Notes under the pieces: model-generated
The model's input: only the letters and a program-made list of their open reading frames with translations
What the model was told of the DNA's origin: nothing
The model's database searches: none
DNA from: Vermamoeba vermiformis
Lineage: Eukaryota
Assembly: GCA_045837725.1 (NCBI GenBank)
Contig: JBEWZL010000124.1
Location: forward strand, 372,001 to 436,000
Direction of reading: 5' to 3'
DNA length: 64,000 bases
Made by a program: the position numbers and the translations under genes
Part shown: positions 53,034 to 64,000 of the stretch, piece after piece
Layout of the letters: every line of letters begins with the position of its first letter
Numbering within the stretch: position 1 is the stretch's first letter

Positions 53034-55902
53034 ATGAGACCCAAGCAGATCTGGTTCGTGCTCTTTGTAGCACTGTTAGGCTATGGACGTGTTGATAGTG
53101 CGAGGTGAGTTATGGAAGGTGTGGCTGATATTAATATGATATTATACAATGAGTTACAATAGGGCCCTATTATACACTACACTCAGTGTGACTGTACTAA
53201 CTATATTATTTAATTAATTACAGTGCTCCTCAAATTATAGACTTGGGTGGCAATGATTGGACCGCTGTTAATAGCAACGGCAGCATCGTCGTCAAGAATT
53301 GCGTCGTGCCTGGCAATATTGTCACTGATCTTCAAGCTGCGCAAGTGATCGGTGATCCGTACTGGCGCTTTAACGACATTGAATATCGCTGGATAGCACT
53401 CGATAACTGGCGCTATGAGAAGGTGTTCGATTACTCCTTGCCACTCGCTGGCCAGCAGATCATGCTCGAGTTCGATGGTCTCGATACAGTAGCCAATATA
53501 ACGCTCAATGGGCAGCTGTTAGGCACTGCTGACAATATGTTCCGACAATGGCGCTACGATGTCTCTTCGCTGGTGCTCGCCAAGGGCAATCGCCTCACCG
53601 TCGCCTTTGAATCTGCGATCAGCTACGTGAACAGACAGGCAGCGCTCTATCCTTACTTCTTGCCCTCTGCTGACGACAGTGTGCAGAATGGAGAGTTGAA
53701 ACGCAATTACATTCGCAAAGAACAGTGCTCCTTCTCGTGGGACTGGGGTCCAGGCTACATGCAGCAGGGCATCTGGCGTCCAGTGCGCTTAGTGTCGCAA
53801 AACAGCTGCAGAATACGCGCCGTGGCACCGATGATCACTCCGCGCAACACCACTGCCTATCGCGTGACCACACACGTCGAGGTCGAGTGCACGGGCCCTG
53901 ACACCGCCGTGCTGATCGTGTCCGTGGCTGGCGTGTCGTCGCGTGTGATTGGTCAGGTGTCACGTGGCATCACGCTGCTGACCAATGAGCTCGAAGTGAC
54001 CGATGTGGCGCAGTGGTGGCCAGCAGGGTACGGCGAGCAAGTGCTGTACAACTTGAGCACCGTCCTCAGCACCACACGCCTCACCCTCAGAGACGCGCGC
54101 AGAATTGGATTCCGCACCGTGGAACTCATTGAACAGCCCTACTCGGATCAACCAGGGCTGTCGTTCTATTTTAAGATCAATGGCGTGCCCCTGTTCGTCA
54201 AGGGTGCGAATTGGATTCCCGCAGACAGCTTTGAGAACCGCGTGACTGGCGCAGTGTTGGATCGACTGCTGCAGAGCACCGTCGCGGCGAATATGAACAT
54301 GTTGCGCGTGTGGGGTGGTGGCGTGTACCAGCCCGACGAGTTCTACGACAAGTGCGACGAGCTCGGCATCATGGTGTGGCAGGAGCTCATGTTCGCGTGT
54401 GCCATGTACCCACGTGATCCGCGCTTCTTGCAGGGCGTCACCATCGAGGTGCAGGAGCAGATCACGCGCCTCATGCACCACGTCAGCATTGTCACGTGGA
54501 GTGCCAACAACGAGAACGAGGTGGCGCTGGGATGGTTCCCAGAAACAATCTCCCACCGAGATCTCTACGCTGCAGACTACTACGTGCTCTACATTCAGCA
54601 CCTCTTGCCCGCCATTCTCTCGCGCGACATCTCGCGGCAGTTCTTGCCCTCGTCACCGAGCAATGGTGGCAATCTCTACTACGACCAGCAGGACACGGAG
54701 CACGTGATTGTCACGCAGGGCAATAGTTCCGCCCAGCTGCGCTACAACGACGTCGATCCCTACTACTACGTCATGCGCTGGGGACAGCCCGACGGTACCT
54801 ACGGCGATGTGCACTGGTACAACTACGTGAACGACTGCACGGACCTGAGCACCTATCCGCACTCGCGCTTCGTGTCCGAGTACGGCTTCCAGTCCTTCCC
54901 CTCGCTGATCACGTGGCGCACGGTGTCGGACCCTGCCCTGGGCGATTGGAAGATTGACAGCGACTTCTTGTTCAAGCGACAGCATCACCGCAACGGCACT
55001 GCGCAAGTGCTGGCACAGATCAAGGTAAGTCACGTGTTTTCACTGAACGGTGAATTTGACACGTGTCACAGATGCACTTCAACTACGTGCCAGTGTCAGA
55101 CCCCGTGCACAACTTTGACAACTTTGTCTACCTGTCGCAAGCCACGCAAGCGCTGTGCATGAAGAGCGAGTCAGAGCTCTACAGACGCAGTCGCACCGCT
55201 CAGGCCAACACGATGGGCACCATTTACTGGCAACTCAACTCGATCTGGCCAGCACCCACCTGGTCCTCGATGGAGTACGGCGGTCGTTGGAAGATGTTGC
55301 ACTACTTTGTCAAGCGCTTCTACTCACCCGTGCTCGTGTCACCGCACCAGCCTCAGAGCGACACCCTCGCTGTGGACATCATCTCCGACCTCGTGCACGG
55401 CATACAGGGCACGCTGCAGTTTGAATTGTGGAGCTGGAAGGGCGCGCTGCTCAACAGCTGGTCTGCACCGTACTCGTCTGCACCGCTCACTGCCAGCACC
55501 GTGTGGAGCACTTCCATCAAGTCCATGCTCAGCGGCTACTGCAGACCCGAGACCTGCATGCTGTACCTGTCGTGCACCGATGAGAATGGCAAGCAACTCT
55601 CGGACAATGCGTTCTACTTCACCAAGCTGCGCAGTGCCCTCTTAGTCTCGCCCAATGTCACTGTTTCGCAGTTCACGCAAGTCAGCAACACTGTAGTCTC
55701 GTTCACAGTGCAGTCCACTGCTGTAGCACCCTATTTGTGGCTGGAAACGCCGTTGGAGGGTCGCTTCTCAGACAACGGCTTTGTTGTGCTGCCTAACAAC
55801 CCCACGCAAGTTATGTTCTACTCCTGGAATACCACTGTAACTGCCTCACAGCTGCAATCCTCCATTACGATCAAATCATTGTACAATTCTTTTTCGAGTT
55901 AA
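53034..55902 (+). CDS. MANBA: Beta-mannosidase (glycoside hydrolase family 2) with signal peptide
   Basis: MRPKQIWFVLFVALLG signal; FDGLDT, DNMF, RKEQCSFSWDWGP, KGANWIP, NMLRVWGGG, WSANNENE, RFVSEYGFQS, YWQLNSIW. Confidence 0.94.
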
Positions 55903-56318
55903 TTTGAACTACCGTAATTAAAATAAACTAGTAAGTTTGTCAACTTCCCTAGAGCTTCTTTGTTGATTACGCAAAGCACAACTGACATCTTGTACTCAAC
56001 AAAGTTAATTGTGGCTACACACTAAGATGTCTAAGCAATTCCCTTCTATAAAGGGCCACCAGCTGGAGCTGGAGGATGGCCAATCCACTGTGGATGACAT
56101 AACCAGCCAGGGTGAGATGTCCAGCCCAGCTAAGTTATCCGCCTGGACAAGTTGCCTGTCCCAGACAAGTAAAAACTGGATAAGTATATGGAGGGTTTGC
56201 AAAGAACTTCTCTTTGTGTTGGGTGACCGTAATGCACTGAGTAACCATTATTCCTGCAATTATGAACCTACAGCTGAAAAAGCAACAGAGATAATGCAAG
56301 TATGTGAATAAAAATAAT

Positions 56319-56387
56319 TGCTACCTCTGGGATTTGAACCCATGACCTCCGTGTGGTGACAGTTTCTGTCCATCTTGAGCAGGTACC
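56319..56387 (-). pseudogene. Degenerate tRNA-like unit 1 (near full length)
   Basis: Minus strand GGTACCT-GCTCAAGATGGACAGAAA...GGAGGTC-ATGGGTTCAAATCCCAG-AGGTAGCA then T-run; acceptor strands pair 6/7; anticodon arm is not canonical. Confidence 0.5.
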
Positions 56388-56410
56388 TAGCCATACTAAT
56401 AAATAAAAAT

Positions 56411-56475
56411 TGGGTATGCTGGGTGGGATTTGAACCTGGGTTTTATGCACGGCTGATGCCAATTCTGCCACGACA
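56411..56475 (-). ncRNA. tRNA-like/Pol III unit 2 with A-box and B-box
   Basis: Minus strand TGGCAGAATTGG (A-box-like, 56470-56459), GGTTCAAATCCC (B-box, 56436-56425), followed by TTTTT. Confidence 0.45.
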
Positions 56476-56700
56476 TTTTTCGTCTGTCCACGGACTGCAT
56501 CCTTCCGGCTGACTATAGTATCGAAGATTTAAATAAGATTTCATCATGCTGTATACCAATTGCATTAGCATATCCTTTGCTTAGTAAAACTGGTTTGCCC
56601 CATGCTGGACAAAGTTACAACATAAAAAAGTATGATGCGAAAAAATTTGGATCAGTTGTTACAGTGAATTGTAGCCAGGAAGTTCAGTGCATAAAATACG

Positions 56701-57177
56701 TATGGAGGTCGGCCAGGCCAAGTTGGCCAGTGTGGCCGGCCAAGCCTTTGTGGCCAGCCCGGCCAGTCAGGCCGGCCAGGTATGTAGGTATGGCACAAGG
56801 CACCAACTGGTGGGTCTGTACATATGAGGCATTAGTATACATATTACTGTAGCATTGGATGATAACAAACCACTAGTAACTGACATCCAGAAAAATAAAA
56901 AAATGGCAGACAGCAGGAATTGAACCTGGGACTGTATGGCTACTCAGATTTTTTCTAAGTCCAATAAATAAAAAATCCATGCAGATACCAGGAATTGAAC
57001 CCAGGGCAACCAAACCCCCATACAAACTTACCATAAAATTTTCCCTACAGCAGGAATTGAACCTGCTCCTGCATCCTTCCTGGAAAAATTACTAAGTCCT
57101 ACCGGCCGGCCTAGCCGGACCGGCCGCCCTGACCAAACCGGCCACCCTGGCCAATCCGCCCCGTCCGTCCCCCATAG
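56701..57177. repeat. Imperfect ~80-bp GC-rich inverted repeats (56701-56790 and 57099-57177), with a third partial copy at 57451-57484
   Basis: TATGGAGGTCGGCCAGGCCAAGTTGGCCAGTGTGGCCGG vs reverse complement TATGGGGGACGGACGGGGCGGATTGGCCAGGGTGGCCGG. Confidence 0.65.
56904..57066 (-). repeat. Three tandem tRNA-3'-end (T-arm plus acceptor strand) fragments, units 3-5
   Basis: Minus strand GCAGGTTCAATTCCTGCTGTAGGGA, CCTGGGTTCAATTCCTGGTATCTGCA and CCAGGTTCAATTCCTGCTGTCTGCCA, each followed by a T-run. Confidence 0.6.
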
Positions 57178-57207
57178 TTGGTTGTACAAGTATGTTTGAT
57201 GGATGGG

Positions 57208-57214
57208 TTTTTTT

Positions 57215-57261
<47 letters not shown>
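57208..57261 (-). repeat. Poly-T tract (46 uninterrupted T, 57216-57261); poly-A on the minus strand
   Basis: Directly visible. Confidence 0.9.
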
Positions 57262-57265
<4 letters not shown>

Positions 57266-57885
57266 AGTACTTAAGTTCTTTGCAGAACATTGCACTTTTC
57301 AGCCACCAGCGATTAGCCAAAGCCTCCTGACGCCAATAGTGGTACTTCTTGGGTCCACTGGTGATAATGGACAAGTTTGGTATAAGTTGGTAAATTACTA
57401 ACATCTGAGGATGCAGCGACCCTGGACTTTGATTATATGATACCAAACATGCCACCCTGGTCAATTCGGCCGGCCATCCCCCATTGCCAATCAAGATTCT
57501 ACTACCTGCCTCCAGATAGCTGAAATGTTTGGATAGCCAAGCCAGACCATCTCAGGACCTGTGCCAGGGGAGCCAGACTGGCCTAATCCTCCAACACCCT
57601 TGCCACAGAGTTTTTCCTTGAAAATCCTAGCTGGCCTGGAAGACGGCCCATTCAGCATTCAGGGTGAGTTATGCAAAGCATCCACCCAATTAAGTTGTAT
57701 GGCCCCCAAAAAACTTTCGCTTTTGGTGATCATCGTCAACTTTGCGACTATTTGCAATTTGAGATTTGATGCACTGGACAATAAAGTTGTCACGCAAAGT
57801 TTGCTGCTCCTCCAAGGAATTGCCAGTGTTGTTTGACTGTGAATTTATTTACTTTCTCAGGTAACTGAGCGACATCTCTACAAGG

Positions 57886-60800
57886 TTAAACAGACATGGA
57901 ATTTACACAATTTTGGCAATAAGGAGCGCCATCAATGGAGAAAAACTTCTGATTGGAGAGGTTGATCTTGCAATTTGAACAACACAAGCACTCCAAATGA
58001 TATTTTTTGCCCAAAAATGTCAAATGTCTGCCAGTGAGTTGACGGTTGCATGTGCCGCACTTGGGCGCAAACATGGCATTGTAGTCCTCCAAACAATAGA
58101 ATTTGGACGGCTCTTTCTCGAAGAAGGTCTCAGTGCCAAGCTGTTTGTTGCAGTGCACGCAACGGAAGCACTCCCAATGATACGTCACGCCCTTGTACTC
58201 CAAGTGCCTGTCATCGCCAATGGATACTGCGCAAATACCGCACTTGGGTCCCAAATTGACAGTGAACTTTGACAGGTCCTCCAGCACAGGTGTCAAGTCC
58301 TCGCTGGGCTGGGGCGGTGGTGTCACTGGTCGCACGGGCTCTGGCTTGGGCTCCACGGGCTTGGGAGGCTCAGGCTTGGGCTCGACTTTGACTTGTGGCA
58401 CTGATTTGGGCTCCACTGTCACGGGCTTGGGACTCTCACGTGGTGTCTCACGTGGTGTCTCGCGGAAACTCTCGCGTGGTGTGGCACGTGGAGTCTCAAA
58501 GCTGCGTTCAGACTCCGAATCTGGGCCCCAAAACGGCTCGTCTTTGTTGAGCTGTGCCTCCACCACTTCAATGATGTGCATTTCTGCTTCACCATCGGGA
58601 TCTGGCTCTTCACGCAGAGCTGCAAATGACACGTGTCAGTATGCCAGTGCGCACATGTGACAGCAGTACGTACCTTCCAAATAGCGCTGATATTCAGGAC
58701 TCGAGACGTACTTGTTGTACGCATCGTGCTCGAGCATGGTGAACACGGTGCGCTGTGCCTCGTCGAACAGCTCGTGATCACCGCTGTTCACTAGTGCCAG
58801 CACCTTGTCGCGTGTGCTGGCATCAACATTGACAGGTTTGATGCAGGTCGGTGCGAGGTACTTGCCCACAATCTCCTCGGCCTTGCGAGTGCGCAGTTCA
58901 GCGCTGGGCAGCACTTTGTAACGCTCGACATCGCGCCAGAACTCCACGTTCTCATCAGCACGTGTGCGACGCAGGTACTCGTCAAAGTGACGCGCAGCAG
59001 TGCCGTCTTGAATGGTGAACAAGAGCTCCTCTTGGCGCGGTGTGAGCGTGTAGTCCTCAACGCGGTCATCGGGCAGCGGAGACATGATGGCGCAGTGGTG
59101 GCAGTAGATCTTCTTCTTCTTCACGTGGAACTCGGGCCGCGTGAGATCTGTTTGCAGTGTTTTGCAGCTCTGACAGCCTGCGCATTGAGGGTGCCACACC
59201 AAGTCACCGAATGACACGACATTCTGCTGCGTGACTGGCAAGTGGCACTCTTGACACTTGGGCCAGAAGCCCTCTTGACACGCGTCACACACGACACGAC
59301 CACCCTGCACGACGCACTGGCCCGATCCGCCCAGCGAGGCCAGCAGTTGCGAGCACTTGCCGCAGCGCAGACAGGCCCAGTGCACGAGCTCTCGCGGCCC
59401 CAGGGAGATGGAGCTCTCCTCGTCGAAGATGTGATTGCGACACGCACTGCAGATGGCGCGTCCGACTTCAGCGCGCACCTTCTCTTTCTTCTCCTTGCCG
59501 CTCTCGCTGTACGAAATTTCATCGTCATTCACGCCATCGTCCATCAGTGGCAAGTCATCACCGAATTCACCGAGCTCGCGCTGTCTCTTGCGCACCTCAC
59601 GCATCTTCTCCTGCGTGATGAAGAAGAGCTCGAGCTTGAAGTTGGCGTAGAACTTCTTGTTGTCGTTGTCGTCGCACGCCCCCTCGAGATCGCGCTTGTA
59701 CAAGATCATGCGATGGCCCGTCATCTCTTCGAACGAGGTGTTGAAGGTCAGCGAGAACATCATCTGCGCACGTGTTAGCGCGTGTCATTGGTGTGCGGAA
59801 CAATTACCTTGCGCGCATTGTTGGAGAAGAAGTCGATCTTGATGTCACCACCGATGGAAATGTCGCGACAGCCAAAGTCCACCACTGTCTTGCCCTTCGC
59901 GCCTTTCTGCAGCCAGCAACAACGTCATTAACAATCACCCCCTCGTCACTCTCACGCACTGATGGCTACGTACCAATTTCTTGGAAAAGAAGATCTTCTT
60001 GCCCTGCTGATAGATGGAGAAGTACGGATCTGAAGGGCGTGTGAGTGCGTGCCACAATGCGCAGTGTGACTAAGAACACAACGTACCACAGCCCCCCGTG
60101 AACTTGAAGTTGGGGATGGTGTTGAAGCGAATCTTGTGCAGGAAGATGAAGCGATCCTTGTCGGGCATGCCTGTCTTGAGCGACTTGCCGTAGTACTTGA
60201 GGTAGCGGATCTGCGAGGGGTAGTCGAGGGGCAGCAACATCTTGCCGACCACTTGCATTGCCTCGCTCGTGGAGGTGCAGTAGCCGCTGCTCACCAGCCA
60301 CGCACTCACCATCACCGCAGATCTGTCTTTCTTCTTGCCCTTGCAGTGCACCACAATGATGTTCAGTGGATTCTTGTCGAGCCACTTGTACTGTATAGAG
60401 ATAGAACACTGTTAATCACGCAGCGGGGTATCGCAGCTCTTAGGTACGCACCACTTGATCCACAAACTCGTACAATTGCTTCACGGTGGGAGGTTCACCG
60501 CGCTGCAAGGGATATTCAATGACTACAACCATCAGTACCATATACGAATTATTAGTATTAATATGCTACGTACTGGGGCCACTGAACTTGTTGCTAGCGT
60601 ACTTCTTGCCGCTCCTGTGTGACAGCTGATCAGTACAAAAAAAAATCACACGCGGAGTGGAGCTGGACACTACTTACAAGTTAAATATCATGTAGTGACC
60701 TGGATGTTCTGTATCGAGCATACTATATAATTCTGGTGAGTTAATGCGAGTGACACGATTTTCAAATATTACGTTGAAACTTAAAATAAATTGTGTTGTA

Positions 60801-61079
60801 TAAATAACGCTAGTATTAATTATAGTTACTTACGTTGCAATCTCGCGCACATCGCGGTCAGAGGAGGGAAATGGAATCACCAGCACACGATCGGTTATGT
60901 CTTCAAAAGGTTAAGGAATATTAAATCAAAATAAAATCGAAATTCAACAAGCAAAAATAATGCAAGGGATCGTTAATGAATTAATACACAAGTCCCCTGC
61001 TTAAGAAGTAGTTTCGGATACAAGTCCAATCTTTGCCGACATGGGCATAACGCGTTGTTTTGAGACGTAAGGAGGTCAT
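57886..61079 (-). CDS. PTEN/tensin-type phosphatase-like domain + C2 + 2 LIM + RGS + Pro-rich linker + 2 LIM
   Basis: TYITDRVLVIPFP, HYMIFNL, WLDKNPLNIIVVHCKGKKKDRS, PSQIRYLKYY; C2 GDIKIDFF, MFSLTFNTSF; LIM CxxC...HxxCxxCxxC...CxxC x4; RGS FDEYLRRTRADENVEFW...VNVD...FDEAQ...YNKYVSS. Confidence 0.85.
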
Positions 61080-61415
61080 ATTGAACCACTATTGTGCCGC
61101 GACCTCTGTTCGGTGGTGGTACTGTCTCTCGGTCAGTTCGGTTGTGTTTGCGAAGATTTTGCTCGTGTTCGTTGAAGCTGCGAAATTGAGTCAGTGAATC
61201 TTGGAGGCACTGCGTAACCATTGACCATACACCCCGTCGTACGTACGTCAACATCAGCTCCCTCTACCTGTTTGTCTGGGCTGTACTCACGATCAATGCT
61301 GCGGTGGCAGAAATTTCGCCGCGAGGTCAGAGAGGTGAGTCAGACACCTTGAAATGGAAAGCGAAAAAAAAACTTTCTGCCTGTCATTGCAACTTGTACG
61401 CACATAGATTACAAC

Positions 61416-63184
<1,769 letters not shown>

Positions 63185-63324
63185 GCGGCATTGGCCATCA
63201 CTTGTGCTTGTGGAGGACTGTTAGAGTCTGTCCAAACAAAGCCAAATAAAAGCATGTGACATGTACACGAGGGTATTGCGTTTAATTAGTATGATACAGG
63301 CATATATTTACTCGACAAGACTGC

Positions 63325-64000
63325 TTAGTACTTGTTCGTGCGCGTTGGTTTCCAGTTCAGCGGGTGACTCTCAGGCGTGGCCTCTTCGTCCTCGCGCCAC
63401 ACTTTGATGGACTTGTCAGCCTCGCACGTGAACAGACGCGAGCCAGTGCGATCGAACGTCGAAGCAAAGATGCCTGCTTCACTCTCCAACGAGCCTGGCT
63501 GCGGCTGCGTCTCCATGCGCTGAAAGTTGTAGCCGCTCTTCCAGTCCCAGAAGTACATGGTGCCGTTGTCCGCAGAACTGACGAGCACGCCTTCCTTGTT
63601 CACGGCGAGGGTGTTCACGATAGCTTTGTGGCCCGACAAGTTGCTCATGAACATGGCTTCAGGCAGCTTCCACTTCTTCACATTGTCCACACTCGCGGAT
63701 GCAAAGGTGTACTCGCTCGGATGCATCACCAGGGCACGCACTGCTTTCTTGTGATTGGTCAGCACGGTGCGCACTTTGCCCGCAGCCAAGTCCCAAGTAC
63801 GGATCTGACTGTCGTGCGAACCCGTGATGACTTGCGGGTCAGTGCTCTGCGTGAGAATGGAGTCGACAGCACCCGTGTGTCCGGCGAGACAGTGGATCTG
63901 CGACTTGGTGCGAATGTCCCACACGCGTGCAGTGGCATCACGACCCCCCGTGACGATGATGTCGATGGTCGGGTGCATGCTGATCGAGTAGACACCGCTC
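63325..64000 (-). CDS. PLRG1: Pleiotropic regulator 1 / Prp46 (WD40 spliceosomal protein); 5' part outside window
   Basis: [79 protein letters not shown]. Confidence 0.95.
   Translation of the reverse strand, partial: SGVYSISMHPTIDIIVTGGRDATARVWDIRTKSQIHCLAGHTGAVDSILTQSTDPQVITGSHDSQIRTWDLAAGKVRTVLTNHKKAVRALVMHPSEYTFASASVDNVKKWKLPEAMFMSNLSGHKAIVNTLAVNKEGVLVSSADNGTMYFWDWKSGYNFQRMETQPQPGSLESEAGIFASTFDRTGSRLFTCEADKSIKVWREDEEATPESHPLNWKPTRTNKY

Larger units (their letters stand above)
56000..57720. mobile_element. Non-coding, CpG-depleted repeat island, probably degenerate or nested non-autonomous element(s)
   Basis: Large gap between convergent genes with no credible ORF; composition differs from flanks; contains tRNA-like units, GC-rich inverted repeats and poly-T; no transposase or RT recognisable; boundaries approximate. 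Confidence 0.55.

Noticed and set aside
56319-57066. Functional tRNA genes
   Set aside because: No unit has a complete canonical cloverleaf with an assignable anticodon; reported only as tRNA-like fragments
56001-57717. Outer terminal inverted repeats for the whole island (56001-56027 vs 57690-57717)
   Set aside because: Similarity is too weak (AAAGTT...GGC.A.AC) and there is no convincing target-site duplication

Overview
Gene-dense, intron-rich eukaryotic nuclear DNA (standard code, short GT-AG introns, many divergent gene pairs). The ANK-SAM-TKL kinase, the kinesin-3 with an internal PH domain and the ABCA half-transporters suggest an amoebozoan; this is inference. I reconstructed 25 protein-coding genes by hand: RPT4 (partial), a possible Nsl1/Mis14, a GRAM-ANK-SAM-TKL kinase, CysRS, presenilin, a DCC1-like oxidoreductase, a rhodanese, a large Pro/Lys/Glu-rich repeat protein, kinesin-3, CTC1, a homeobox protein, MMSDH, two dTMP kinases, a GaaA-like reductase, two ABCA half-transporters, SmB, ValRS, AP-2 sigma, Kae1, Ubc7, beta-mannosidase, a PTEN-like/C2/LIM/RGS protein, GPI and PLRG1 (partial). 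Three signals stand out. (1) A ~1.7 kb non-coding, CpG-depleted island (~56000-57720) holds five co-oriented tRNA-3'-end/B-box units, GC-rich inverted repeats and a 46-nt poly-T. (2) The perfect 12-bp palindrome TGACACGTGTCA recurs just upstream of the 3' splice site in introns of five unrelated genes. (3) A catalytically degenerate PTEN-like domain is fused to LIM and RGS domains. Several 1-nt frameshifts in conserved genes look like homopolymer assembly errors. Exon boundaries and family calls come from manual reading and motif recall, not database searches.
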